Assembly: GCF_036365525.1 (NCBI RefSeq)
Contig: NC_090401.1
Span: 27,101,284-27,165,283, forward strand
Direction: 5' to 3'
Source of the DNA: Heterodontus francisci
Lineage: Eukaryota
DNA: 64,000 nucleotides
Part shown: in pieces, positions 1 through 13,191 of the stretch
Position numbering within the stretch: position 1 is the first letter of the stretch
How the letters are laid out: every line of letters starts with the position of its first letter
Notes under the pieces: model-generated
Database searches by the model: none
The model's input: only the letters and a program-made list of their open reading frames with translations
Told to the model about the DNA's origin: nothing
Made by a program: the position numbers and the translations under genes

Positions 1-494
1 TGTCTATCAATTGCATGATGGCATATCTGTAGAGAATGCGAGAGATGATGATAAAACTGAGATGCTATTTTCATAATCATAACTTATTGCTAAAACACTT
101 AAAAAAAAATGCAGATCTTTTTATTCTGATTTTATTTAAAGATCTCCTGCATTATAATTAAGAGCTACCTGCTAGATTGCTGATTCCTGGTATCTTAAGT
201 ATGCATTTGATGTTTATGCTATTTTAAAATTTATACACTGAATAATTATAAAAACTGATTTTATATCCCTTTTCCAAAAGTAAATGTGCAGGTCCTCGCT
301 CCAATATAATGTATCCATTTTCAACGATCTAGCAGTTCAAGCTCTTAATTACAATGCAGGACATCTTCAAACAGGATTATAATAAAATGGGGTTGATTTT
401 TTTTCAATTGAATGTTTTAGCAATGATGAGTTCTGATTATGAAAATTGTATCTTCGTTTTAACATTGATACAAATCTAATCGATCAGAAGGTCC

Positions 495-1155
495 GGAGTA
501 TGTCATTCAGTGCCCTTGACTCTGTTCTGCCATTCAATTTGGATCAGGGCTGATCTGTGCCTCAACTCCATTTATCCACCTTTGTTCAATTCCTCGACAC
601 TCTACCGAACAAAAAATTATTGATCTCAGTCTTGAAAATTTCAATTGATCCAGCATCCACAGCTTTTGGGGGAGTGAGTTCCACATTCACAATACCCTTT
701 GTGTGAAATAATGCTTCCTGATTTCTCTTCTAAATGGCCGAGCTCTAATTTTAAGATGATACACCCTCGTTCTGGATTCCCCACAACAGAGGAAATAGTT
801 TCTACCAACTCGCTATAAAGTCCCTTTATCATTTTAAACATCTCAATTGGATCACCTTCAAAATTAAAGGAAATACAAGCCAAGAATATGCAACCCTCCT
901 CATGGTAAATCTGTGCTGTAGTCCTTCCAAAGCCAATTTATCTTTACTGCCCAAAACGGAATGCTGTCCTCCAGGTACGGTCTGAACAAAGCTCTGTACA
1001 ATTGAAGCATAACTGCCTCATTTTTGAATACCAAACCACTTGTGATAAAGCCCAACGTTTCGTTAGCCATTTTGCTTACTTTTTGTACCAGTGCATAAGC
1101 TCCCTGTGGTTTGTGTGCATGGACACCGAAATCTCTTACTTCTCCCCAGTTCCGA
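495..1155 (-). mobile_element. Old CR1 LINE 3' fragment; continues at ~8083-8330 after the Harbinger insertion
   Basis: ORF 900..1175(-) contains AVMLQLYRALFRPYLE (CR1 ORF2 C-terminus). The sequence ...cccagttcc resumes as tagtctctcaccatt at 8083. Confidence 0.75.
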
Positions 1156-2356
1156 GGCCGGATTTTTACCTTCATAAATCGGGCGTCCTCCGAGCCAGCT
1201 GAGCCAAAAGATGGCAGGCGATGACATCAGGTGGGGTCCATGACGTCACAACGCTCAACCCCCACCTTACACAGGTTGGACGGTGGGCGAGATGGAGGCG
1301 CTGTTCTCCGTCCATTTTACAACATTTTAGGGCCAATTGAACTATTTTAAAATCCAATTGACAGCTATTTTACGTCGGCTGTCATATTTTGAATCTGGCA
1401 AAAGAGTTGAAGGGTGAGTCGAGAACCCAACAGCTTTACAAGAGCGGCAACCAGTGTATCTGTGAAGGCGTTGGAGGTACTGAATTTTTTATTAATCTAT
1501 GTTAGATTTGTGCATTGTTTGCAAGGTCGGGGCTGTTATTGCTGGCTCACCAGGGTTCACCTGAGTGAGTGAAACTCCTGGTAGGGCCACAGCATCACTG
1601 ATTTATTCAGTGTAGGGGAGTGGGGTTGTGAGTGCCTGACCTTGCAGCAGGCAGCAAATAGCTGTCCTCATTCCAACTCGGGGAAACAGCAGCCATGGAA
1701 ATTGTCCACTGTGGAGGCAGCTCGTCCAGTGAGGAAGAGAACGCCACAAGGAGGGACAGGATGACAAGTGGCCAGGGAAATCAGCAACCTGCTGGCCAAG
1801 TGCAGCCTGGTAATAGGGGAGGGGCAGCAGGACTCATACTGCACTGGGAGCAACCACCTATGAGGAGACGAGTCTACCCAGTAGGCAGGATGTACCGCCA
1901 GCGGTTGAGCTTTCTGCAGATGTAAGAACTCCAGTGCCGAAGAAGACTGCACCTGTCCCGAGAGACTGTCACATCTCTATGAGACACTGGCAGCGGAAGT
2001 CGCTTCCAGCTGCATGGGTGGCCATCCAGTGCTGGTCGCACTAAAAGTAATAGTCGCTCTGAATCTCTAGGCATCAGGCTCCTTGCAGGCTTCCACAGGA
2101 GACATGCGCGGAATCTCACAGTCATCAGCGCAGCACTGCATCAAGGTGGTAATTGATGCCATATTCAAGCAGGCCAACCAGTTCATCAAGTTCCAGACAG
2201 ACTCCGCCAGTCAGGCCAAGAGAGCCAGAGACTTCGGTGCCATTGCTGGTTTCCCCATGGTCCAAGGCGTAATTGATTGCACTCATGTGGCCATTAGAGC
2301 ACCTGCAGGTCAGTCGGGGGCCTTCGTTGATTGAAGGCTGCGTTTGCTCACAATGC

Positions 2357-2372
2357 TGCCACTAGGTGGTGC
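2357..2372 (+). promoter_or_regulatory. CTCF-like motif TGCCACTAGGTGGTGC
   Basis: Close match to the CTCF core CCACTAGGTGGCGC with one CpG-type change; binding is not demonstrated. Confidence 0.5.
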
Positions 2373-2384
2373 TGCATTGGCACA

Positions 2385-4660
2385 GAGAACAAAGAACAGT
2401 ACAGCACAGGAACAGGCCATTCGGCCCTCCAAGCCTGCGTCGATCTTGATGCCTGCCTAAACTAAAACCTTCTGCACTTCCTGGGCCCATATCCCTCTAC
2501 TCCCTTCCTATTCATATATTTGTCAAGATATCTCTTAAACGTCGCTATCGTATCTGCTTCCACCTCCTCCCCTGGCAGCAAGTTCCAGGCACTCACCACT
2601 CTCTGTGTAAAAAAATTGCCTCGCACATCCCCTCTAAACTTTGCCCCTCACACCTTAAACCTATGTCCCCTAGTAACTGACTCTTCCACCCTGGGAAAAA
2701 GCTTCTGACTATCCACTCTGTCCATGCCGCTCATAACTTTGTAAACCTCTATCATGTCGCCCCTCCACCTCCGTTGTTCCAGTGAAAACAATCCGAGTTT
2801 TTCCAACCTCTCCTCATAGCTAATGCCCTCTCACCAGGCAACATCCTGGTAAACCTCCTCTGTACCCTCTCCAAAGCCTCCACGTCCTTCTGGTAGTGTG
2901 GCGACCAGAATTGCACACAATATTCTAAGTGTGGCCTAACTAAGGTTCTGTACAGCTGCAACATGACTTGCCAATTTTTATACTCTATGCCCCAACCGAT
3001 GAAGGCAAGCATGCCGTATGCCTTCTTGACTACCTTATCCACCTGCGTTTCCACTTTCAGTGACCTGTGGACCTGTACGCCCAGATCTCTCTGCCTGTCA
3101 ATACTCCTAAGGGTTCTACCATTTACTGTATACCTCCCACCTGCATTAGATCTTCCAAAATGCATTACCTCACATTTGTCCGGATTAAACTCCATCTGCC
3201 ATTTCTCCGCCCAAGTCTTCAACCGATCTATATCCTGCTGTATCCTCTGACAATCCTCATCATTATCCGCAACTCCACCGACCTTTGTGTCATCCGCAAA
3301 CGTACTAATCAGACCAGCTGCATTTTCCTCCAAATCATTTATATATACTCCAAACAGCAAAGGTCCCAGCACTGATCCCTGCGGAACACCACAAGTCACA
3401 TCCCTCCATTCAGAAAAACACCCATCCAATGATACCCTCTGTCTTCAATGACCGAGCCAGTTCTGTATCCATCTTGCCAGCTCACCTCTGATCCCGTGTG
3501 ACTTCACCTTTAGCACCAGTCTGCCATGCGGGACCTTGTCAAAGGCTTTACTAAAGTCCATATAGACAACATCCACCGCCCTTCCCTCATCAATCATCTT
3601 CGTCACTTCCTCAAAAAACTCAATCAAATTAGTAAGACACGACCTCCCCTTCACAAAACTATGCTGTCTCTCGCTAATAAGTTCGTTTGTTTCCAAATGG
3701 GAGTAAATCCTGTCCTGAAGAATCCTCTCTAATAGTTTCCCTACCACTGACGTAAGGCTCACCGGCCTATAATTTCCTGGATTATCCTTGCCACCCTTCT
3801 TAAACAAAGGAACAACATTGGCTATTCTCCAGTCCTCTGGGACCTCACCTGTAGCCAATGAGGATGCAAAGATTTCTGTCAAGGCCCCAGCAATTTCTTC
3901 CCTTGCCTCCCTCAGTATTCTGGGGTAGATCCCATCAGGCCCTAGGGACTTATCTACCTTAATGCTTTGCAAGACACCCAACACCACCTCCTTTTTGATA
4001 ATGAGATGACTGAGACTATCTGCACTCCCTTCCCTAGGCTCATCATCCACCAAGTCCTTTTGCTTGGTGAATACTGATGCAAAGTACTCATTTAGCACCT
4101 CGCCCATTTCCTCTGGCTTCACACATAGATTCCCATCTCTGTCCTTGAGTGGGCCAACCCTTTCCCTGGTTACCCTCTTACTCTTTATATGTGTATAAAA
4201 AGCCTTGGGATTTTTCTTAATCCTGTTTGCCAATGACTTTTCATGACCCCTTTTAGCCCTCCTAACTCCTTGCTTAAGTTCCCTCCTACTGTCTTTATAT
4301 TCCTCAAGTGCTTCATCTGTTCCTAGCCTTCCAGCCCTTACAAATGCTTCCTTTTTCTTTTTGACGAGGCTCACAATATCCCGTGTTATCCAAGCTTCCC
4401 GAAACTTGCCAAACTTGTCTTTCTTCCTCACAGGAACATGCTGGTCCTGGATTCTAATCAGCTGACGTTTGAAAGACTCCCACACGTCAGATGTTGATTT
4501 ACCCTCAAACAGCCGCCCCCAATCTAAATTCTTCAGTTCCTGCCTAGTATTGTTATAATTAGCCTTCCCCCAATTTAGCACCTTCACCCGAGGGCTACTC
4601 TTATCCTTATCCACAAGGACCTTAAAGCTTATGGAATTATGGTCACTGCTCCCGAAATGC
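2385..4660 (-). mobile_element. Young 5'-truncated CR1 LINE (ORF2 reverse transcriptase)
   Basis: ORFs 3445..4680 and 2752..3429: [37 protein letters not shown]; CR1 3' end near 2385-2440. Confidence 0.95.
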
Positions 4661-6139
4661 GCAAATGCAGCCTGTGCCACTAAAACGTCACAGTCTGCGA
4701 CGTCAGGCAGCTGCCAGGATTAAAGATGGCACTGCTCAAATAATCACGTGATGGCATCCTAAACACATGGCAGCACACAATGGCCAGGGGGGGTGGGGGG
4801 AGCGAGCGGGCCGGGAAGGGGAGGGGAGGAAGCGAGCGGGCTGGTGGGGGAGGGAGCGGGTGGGTGGGTGAGCCGCAGTCGGGGGTGGGGGGGAGGCGGC
4901 GGTGAGTGCACGGGCCTGGGGGGGTGGTGCAGTGAGTAAGCAGGCGGGCGGCAGAGGGAAGGAGGAGAGCGCAGCCGCCACCAGCATGCTCTTTGGCTGC
5001 GTTCTCCCCGCACCCGCTCTCCACCCGCTCCACACCCACACCCACTCTCTACCCGCTCCCCAGACCCCCTCTCCCCCCACCATCTGCCCGCGTTACGCGA
5101 TGATGTCATCTGCGCATGCGCCAACCAATCTTGGCACTGCGGAACGCAACGCATGCGCAGAGGGTAGGGACCAATCTGTGCATGTGTGCAGATTGGCGCA
5201 GTTGGATGATGTAAGCTGCGGGCTGCGTTGTCAGTAAACACTTTGTTGATTGAAAGGGGTTTCACTCAATGAATGTGCAACTTGTCTGTGACCTCAGTAA
5301 AAGTATATTGCAGGTGTGTAATCATTATCCAGGAAGCAGTCATGACGCATTCATTCTCGGGAACTCCCAGGTACCAGCAATATTCAGCTCCCCCACCCCA
5401 CTGCAAGTGCCTGCAAGGATGGATACTTGGCGACAGGGGTTACCCACTGAAGACATGGCTGATGACACTGGTGAGGAACCGACAGAATGAAGCAGAGGAA
5501 CAGTACAATGCGAGTCATGCGACCACCAGAGTCACCATAGAACAGACCATAGGTCTTCTGAAAATGAGATTTAGGTATCTGGATTGCTCAGGTGGTGCCC
5601 TGCAGTATTCACTAGCAAGGGTGTCTCGCATTGTTGTCTCCTGCTGCACCTTACATAAGCTGGTGCTGCAGAGGGGGAGGCCCTGGAGGATGAGGACATT
5701 GTTCAGCACGAGCCTTCCTCAGACGGGGCTGGTGAAAGGGTTGAGGAGGAGGAGCAGGGGGCGCAGCCACCTGAACGGTGGGGGGAGGGAGCTGGAGGTG
5801 TGCAGGAGTTGAGTGCATGGGAGGCTCGAACCCTCAGGCGTTCCTCCTGAATGGAGGCTCATCACCCGGCGATTGACATGTCAGTCTGAAATGAGGCATT
5901 CACATCAACTTGAAGCGCAAAAGCACTCACCTGCATTTGGAAATCTCAGCTGCAGTGGTCCACCTTTCCCTCAAACACAACAAGGCCCAAATGTGTCACC
6001 TTCCCAAGTCTCCATCTCATGCAGGACAACAGGATTGCCTAAAACATCATCATTGACTTGAGACAGAGGGAAATGCCAAGTGAGGAATCTAATAGATTTT
6101 GTGTGAAGTATAACAACAAATAAACATTTTCAAATTGCA

Positions 6140-7668
6140 CCAGTGACCCCTCAGTGCAGTTATAGTGATTTGCTGACATGTTTGCGAGTGCTCACGTGTG
6201 TGGATGACCCCTCATCGCCAGCCACGGCAGAGGCAGATGGCTGTTCAGGATGCCCCGTGACTTTGGTTGACCTTGGCGGGCGCCCTCTGCCTGCGCAAGG
6301 CCGTGAGGGCCCCAGCATGTTGAGGTGACACTGAGCAGTCTCAGGACTACCCTCTGACACCCTGGGATTCTGAGGTGCTGATGTCACTGGCAGAGAGGAC
6401 AAGGAGCCACTGTACGCATCAGGAGCGCCCTGAGAGGAGCCCTCGGATGCATTCTGCTGTTGCTTCTGTGCCCTCGGCTCAATTGGGCTCCCTGCTGACC
6501 TCAGAGGGATGAGCAGCTTCCGGATGACGCAGGAGCCTCATTGACAGCTCTCTAAGGCTTTGCTCCATAGAGCTCACTTTCTCTGTGATGTTCTGCAGGG
6601 CCTACAGGATCGGCCCCTCCACTGCAGCCTCCAATCTATCAATGGAGAAGCCAGATGCACAGAGGACAGGGACTGTGCGTTACTCATGGCCTGGATGGAG
6701 ATCTCCAAAGTCCGAGCCAGAGCACGCATTATGTTTGGTAACTCCGCAAGATCTCCACGCACCTCACGCTGCACCTGCAGCATCTCCCATCGAATGATGT
6801 GCCGCGGAGATGCTACCTGGCCTCTGCTATGCTTCACCTGCAGGAAAATGGAATGATCAGGTGTGATCAGCCCTCTTGACTGAAGGGTATGCCATTGACT
6901 GCAGTGTGGCCACATGTGTGTGACTTTGAACTTGCGAGCAACCTTCATTGCTTGAGTCAATTCAACACCACTTCCCCCGCCCCCCCCCAACCACACTCTA
7001 AAGAACTCAGCCTCCTGGCCATGTGCTCTGGCCTCACCATTGGATACTAAGCATCCCCCGTTCTCCCCAGTAAGCAGCAATGCCTCCTCCTTCACACTGG
7101 TGAGAATTGCGAGGTTGGCCACGCCGCCACTGCTCCGGGGCCCCCCTCGGCCATTCTGTTCACTATTCTTTGGAAACACATGGCAATTAGTTTAGTTCCT
7201 TGACTTGAAGGAGCACCCACTCACCCCTTGTGCTGCATGCTGCATCGAGAACCAATGCCATTGAAGTGCACAGTTGGCACACCTCTGGACCATTGTGCGT
7301 TTCAGATGTGCCCAGTATATGCCCCACAACAGGGCTGCAGCCATCACTGCAGATGGATGGCTTCGACTTTGCAGCATCAACACCCGGTGACCCTCCCACG
7401 TTAGTTCAAAGCTGCGATGATGGCAAAATGCCCCTTACCCTGGCAGAGCGCAGAAGGTAATTGACCCACTGAAGCCATGTCCTCTTCACAATCCCACGGC
7501 TGCTGAATTCCTCCACAACTTCCAACCATGCCTTCTTAGTGACCTGGGGAGGCCTCCTCCTTCTGTCTGCTGGGAAGAGGACCTCTCCCGCCTTGTCTTA
7601 ACCTGGAGGAGGACATGCAGAGAGTCTTCGGAGAACCTGGGTGCCATCTGGTTTCTTTGCTGTGCCAT
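6140..7668 (-). pseudogene. Harbinger Myb/SANT-like DNA-binding protein pseudogene (spliced)
   Basis: MAQQRNQMAPRFSEDSLHVLLQ, frameshift, then LFPADRRRRPPQVTKKAWLEVVEEFSSRGIVKRTWLQ; AGG|GTAAGG donor near 7438; coiled-coil-like remnant EMLQVQREVRGDLAELP near 6700-6800. Confidence 0.8.
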
Positions 7669-8799
7669 TGCCTCGAACGGGTTCTGGTCCTGTGATGTCT
7701 CTGGTAGATTAATGTTTAATGGATGGGTCGCCCCTTTAATTCCTATTACACTCCTTTCTCCCTCAGCAGTTCTATTCCTTCTGCTCAGATGCAGCTCCTC
7801 CCAATGTCCTCCTTGATGCAGGTAGCCCTCTCAGAGCCACTGAGGATGCTGAAAGCCCTTTAAATGGCTTTCAGGTCCTTCTTTTGGCTCGAGCCCTGCC
7901 CCTGTTGACAATTTCCCTCCCCCCAGCGCGCGCCCTTTTTGGACATTAATACGCCGCCGAGCCGCTAATTCGTCAGTTAACGTGCTATCGGGGCGGCAGC
8001 TAGGTAGGGAGCCGGAGTGACTTCGGCACCCGCTTCCGCCTCCCGGACTGCGGAGCTGCCGAGAGAGGTAAAATTCCAAACCTAGTCTCTCACCATTAAG
8101 TAATTCATCCAGTTTCTCTTTCTTAGATGCAAAGTGGATGACCTCAAATCTTACATAGTTTGTTCATTCACTTAGTTTGTTTATGGCCCTTTGCAACTTC
8201 CTGCTCCCATTCACACAGCTTACTGCATGCCACTTTACATGGTGTCATCTGCAGATTTGGATTATATGCCTCTTTTCTTTCACCCAAATCATTAATATGT
8301 GTGGTGAAAAACTGAGGCCCCTTGCAGTACTGGTCAATGTATTTCTCACCCCTGAGAATTTAAATTTAAAACCTTGTGACTTTCCTTTTTTGGTCTCTAA
8401 CTTCATATTAAGTTCAATCGTATTATGGTCACTATTTGAAACAAGCTTACTTACTGGCAAGAATTGCAGAGATTGGAAGATAAGAGCCTGTAAAATGCAT
8501 GCACATGTATATCCCAATGAGTCATGATACATAGTGATCACTAACAATTTATCGAACCACAGGCCAGCAGTATCACACTGATTTTGTAGCACTCTAAAGT
8601 TCTACTGCGTGTCTAGCAAACATCTGTCACATAGCAATCAACATACATATACATTTGAACAAATCTGGCTGCTCTCCTAGACTAATTACTAGATGTGTTT
8701 AATGGGATCATGTTGATTTAAAGTTGTTTCATTTTGAGAGTTCTTCCAAAAATTAACACCAACATCCCTACTGAACCGTCTTTATTGGGGTTTTCTTTG

Positions 8800-9865
8800 T
8801 CCATTCATAGGATGTGAGTGCCACTGAAAAGGTGAGCATTTATTGCCCATCCCTAATTGCCCTTGAGAAGGTGCTGGTAAGTTGCCGCCTTGAACCGCTG
8901 CAGTCCATGTGGTGAAGTTACTCCCACAGTGCTATTGGTAGGAGTTCCAAGATTTTGCCCTGTGGTGATACATTTCCACATCAGAACGGTGTGTGACTTG
9001 GATAGGAGTTGGAGGTGGTGGTGTGCCCATGTGCCTGCTGCCCTTGTCCTTCAAGGTGGTAGAGGTCGCTGGTTTGGAAGGTGTTGTTGAAGAAACCTTG
9101 GTGCGTTGCTGCAGTGCACCATGTAGATGTTACATACTGCAGCTGTGCTGTGCCAGTGGTGGAGGATGTGAATGTTTAAGGTATTGGATGAGATGCCAAT
9201 CAAGTGGCTGCTTTGTCCTGAATGGTGTTGAACTTCTTAAGTGTTGTTGGAGCTGTACCCATCCAGGCAAGTGGAGAGTATTTCATCACACTCCTGACTT
9301 GTGCCTTGTAGATGGTAGACAGGCTTTGAGATTCAGGTGTTGAGTTGCTTGCTGCTGAATACCCAGCCTCTGACTTGCTCTTTTAGCCACAGTATTTATG
9401 TGACTGGTCCAGTTCAGTTTCTGGTCAATGATGATCCCAGGGTGTAGATGATGGGGTTTCAGTGATAGTAATGCTGTTAAATGTCAAGGAGCGATAGTTA
9501 AATTCTCTCATTGGAGTTGGTCATTGCCTGACACTTGTGTGGCGCAAATGTTATTTGGCAATTAGCAGCCCAAGTCTGGATGTTGTCCAGGTCTTGCTGC
9601 GTGTGGGCACTGATTGTTTCATTATCTGAGGAGTTGCGAATGGAACTGAACATTGCAATCATCAGTGAACATCCCCACTTTTGACCTTATGATGGAGGGA
9701 AGGTCATTGATGATGTAGCTGAAGATGGTTGAGCCTAGGACACCATTCTAAGCGAAGACCTGGGGCTGAGATGATTGGTCTCTAACAACTATATTCACAT
9801 TCCTTTTTGCTAGGTATGACTCCAGACAGTGGAGAACTTTCCTCCTGATTCCCATTGACTTCAAT
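8800..9865 (-). mobile_element. CR1/L2-group LINE 3' fragment (second family, same as 16227-17430)
   Basis: Reverse complement of the 3' end and RT region seen at 16370-17400 (gggcaattagggatgggcaataaatgct tail). Confidence 0.8.
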
Positions 9866-11329
9866 AAAGTGTAACATTTGGTGCAAGTATAAGTTACAAA
9901 ACAGGCAGTCTCCATTTCATGCTCTATTGGCTAAATAAGAATTCACTTATACCTTTAGGGTAAATGCTCACCTTTTTGTAAAACTAGGATTTTATGAATT
10001 AAAACAGTACAAGGTGATTTTTTTCAGCAGTATTTGGAGTTAGTAATTCAAAGGAATTACGTTTTCCCATACCAGTAAAACCTAAAATAAGCTCCCAAGT
10101 TAATCCAAGTTTTCATATTCAAAAAAAAACCCCACGAATAATAAAAAAGGCAGTTAATAAACCAAGATATGACCAAATACTACAACACGGAATAACCAAT
10201 GCCAAGAAAGAACTTAAAGGTAATAATCTAGTTAAGGGTTCAGAAATTGAAATTCATGTCTAAGGCAAATCAATTAATTCTTTATAAAAATTGTGTAATT
10301 CTGATTTTAAATTACAGCCTTGAAATTAGTTCCAGATATTCGTTTGTTCATTTTTGGAGCTGTTTTAAACCAGCCATGACTGCTGATGGATTCCTTGTTG
10401 TTAACATGATCAGATTCACATCTGAGGATTAATCATTATGATGTCATTACTGCAGGAAGGAAAATAATGTCTTTTGAATCCTTGCATTTTTTGGTACTGA
10501 ATCATCAAGGATTTATTTGCCCTTTTTTCCTTTGATGCGATCTACGGTTGGCACATGGTAGTAGAATTAACTTGGCCCTAGCACTAATTTTGCTGTGAAA
10601 ATGCTAATGTAATCATTTTGCTAAGCAGTATAGGGCTTTGTATCTGCATTATGGAGTAATGCCACTTTGCCAACAGCTTGCACAGCTAATGTGATATCAA
10701 CCACTATTTTATTATTCAAAAATTCAGTACATTATCATTCCTCAAAACAACTTAAATACAAGATTGGAATTATGTTTCGATCTTTGATGCTGCTTTCCTT
10801 CTTGCTTGTTACTTTCCTCCCCCTCATTCCACTGATCGGCACAGGCAATAGCTAACCAATTTCTAGCCAAATGTCCTCTTTTTAACAAAGCACAGAAGGA
10901 GATACTGCAAGTTGTATGTGCTGGTATGCACTCCTAATCTGGCTGAGGTCTGAAGCTCAATCTTAAAGCAAATTATTGATATGATCCTGCAATTGCAACC
11001 CTCCACACTGCTGTAGCATGTTGCTACATTAATAGACTGTGTTAAAACATTACAATATCTTGGCTTTCAGTTGTCTTTTCTGTATTTTAGGAAATATCAC
11101 TTGTGTATGGATTTGTATGACATGGTAATGCATTTCCAGAGTTGATTTTTTTTCTGTAAGCCAATTGGAAAATTTCCACTATGAGGAATGCCACCCCATC
11201 AAATTATTGCAATGGTTTAACAAGTGTAGATCTTAATACTATTGTGGAATAGTATTTTGAACATTTGCAGAGGATATTTAAAACAAAAGTCACTAATTGC
11301 TAAATCCCATGTACCTTGTCGACTCCTAT

Positions 11330-12317
11330 GGCACCCTACAGTACAGAAGGAGACCTGACTGAGCACTGAAATGGCCCTAACTAATGTCAAAAATAATGTA
11401 ATCTGTGACCGTAGTGCATTACCCTTCTTTATCCTACTTGACTTCCCTATAGCCTTTGACGCAGTCAGCTACAGCTATCTTCTGCTCCATTGTCCATCTT
11501 CCTGCCTCCACACCACTACCTCTGGTGTTTCCCAAGCATCAATTCTTGTTCCTGCTCTTCCTCATATACATGTTGTCCCTTGATGATATCATCCACAGAT
11601 CTGCAGCCAGCATCCACATGTACGCCGATGACACTCAACTCCAATTCTTCACCACTCTTCTTCTCTCAATTGCTTGTCCAACATCCAAATTGCTCCAGGT
11701 AAACATTGGGAATATTGAAGCCATCTTCTTTAGCTCCTGCCACAAACTCCCGCACCTTGCCACTGACTCTATCCTTCCTCTGGTCAATGTCTAGCTGAAC
11801 TAAACTGTTGCTAACCTAAGTATCTTATTTGACCTTGCGCTGAACTTCCAAATCCATATCCTCTCCATCACAAAGACCAGCTATTTCCATCTCCATAACA
11901 TAACCCCCCCCGCCCCCCCAGCCCCTGCCTCAACTTAGCTGTGACTGAAGCCGCCATTCATAATTTGGCAATTCCAGAGTCAACTATTCAATGTTCCCCA
12001 GTTGGTTTCTGTCCTCCACTTTGCCTATACTTCAGCTAATTCAAAACACTGATGCCCATCTCCCATCCCGCACTGTCCCCGTGATCCCTAATCCACATTA
12101 GCTCCCAATTCCCCAACAGCTTCAATTTAAAATTCTCATCCTTGGGTTTAAGTCTCTTGATATCATGGTCTCACCTCTCCCCATCTTTGCAACTTCAACT
12201 CCACAACCTTCCCCTCCCACCAAACTCTCCATTCCTGTGACTCTAACCTCTATATCCCCACTCCCTTCACCCTACCATCAGCCTCCTCCTTCTAAAACCA
12301 AGTTTTTGGCCAACCCT
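11330..12317 (+). mobile_element. Decayed L2-type LINE RT fragment; tail remnants at ~13126-13190 and ~13520-13560
   Basis: ILLDFPIAFDAV, SGVSQASIL, LFLIYML, IHMYADDTQL in ORFs 11371..11583 and 11456..11794. Confidence 0.75.
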
Positions 12318-13125
12318 TGTTACGGTCAAGTAAGGAGGGGTCGAAGGGCTTCCCTCTTTTTCCTCTCTTTGTTTGACCACAGCAGGTTTAATTCTTTCTT
12401 AAAGTGGATGTACTGGCCAATTCAGTTGTTGTTTCATTACTTACTTTATATGATCATAACAAGAACCAAAGAAAGAGGTTAACTTTATTGTACCTAAACT
12501 GAACTACTGAAAATAATAAACCTGTTGTGGTCTAACAAGGCGAGGGAAAAGAGGGAAGTCCTTCAACCCTTCTTCACTTGACCATAACAGAGACGCTGGT
12601 TTGGTGCGTCCCTTGGAGACGGCGATGTGGATGATTTCTTCCAGTGGGATTTCTGATTGTAGCCCAAGTATGCAAAGATGTTGAGTCAACAGGCAGAGTT
12701 TGAAGCTTGTAAGCTGAAATGGAAAGAGAGAATGAGGGACCCCCACTTAGGTCTGAGTCCAGAAGCTTCTCCTATGCTGCAGAGAAAATACCAGCTTAAA
12801 ACCATAGATGGGAAGGGGCTTGTCACATGGCAGTCACTCAGTGATTCAAACATAGCAGTATTTCTTCTTGCTAAAAGAAAAAGAACAAACAGTTCCCTTA
12901 AACTTCCTGTGTTTTGGTTCTTGCTGGGAAATGCAGCCATTTTGTCTCCCTCCTCACAAGCCTTGAAATGTAGGATACAGTGTTGCAAATTGGGTGGCCA
13001 TCCCAAGCTGCCAGAAAAGTCATCCTTTTAGCTGTTATTTTTGTAAATGTCTTTGAAAAAAAGTCCAGAACTCCAGTCAGTGGATTAATGAAAATTATCA
13101 TTCAATAAAGCACATTGGTGTGACA
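12318..13125 (-). mobile_element. Solo LTR (808 bp), probably Gypsy-type
   Basis: TGTTAC...GTGACA termini with a 4-bp TSD ccct (12314-12317 and 13126-13129); one end is the reverse complement of the end of the 50749-51546 LTR. Confidence 0.85.
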
Positions 13126-13191
13126 CCCTTCTAATATCATCAGCTTTGATTCGAAATTTTTTAATACAACTTTGATGAAGCGCTTTACCTT

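Larger units (their letters stand above)
2336..5240. mobile_element. Unclassified non-autonomous element (~630 bp after removing the nested CR1) with inverted termini and a 14-bp flanking duplication
   Basis: Left end ggctgcgtttgctcacaatgc is complementary to right end gcgttgtcagtaaac; flanks cttcgttgattgaa (2322-2335) and ctttgttgattgaa (5241-5254). Confidence 0.75.
1695..5690 (+). pseudogene. Harbinger DDE transposase (HARBI1-like) pseudogene, split by the 2336-5240 insertion
   Basis: AGFPMVQGVIDCTHVAIRAP (2083..2334), then [13 protein letters not shown]...[11 protein letters not shown] and [17 protein letters not shown]...[20 protein letters not shown] (5255-5690); contains stops and frameshifts. 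Confidence 0.92.
1156..8082. mobile_element. PIF/Harbinger DNA transposon, decayed, with convergent transposase (+) and Myb/SANT (-) genes
   Basis: Imperfect TIRs ggccggatttttacct (1156) and aggtaaaattccaaacc (8066-8082); splits a CR1; two-gene layout typical of Harbingers. Confidence 0.85.

Noticed and set aside
4680-5265. Overlapping Pro/Gly-rich ORFs on both strands
   Set aside because: By-product of G/C-run low-complexity sequence within a non-coding element; no domain signature.
1695-5812. Possible host HARBI1 gene
   Set aside because: Multiple stops and frameshifts, enclosed by TIRs and paired with a Myb gene: a dead transposon, not the domesticated gene.
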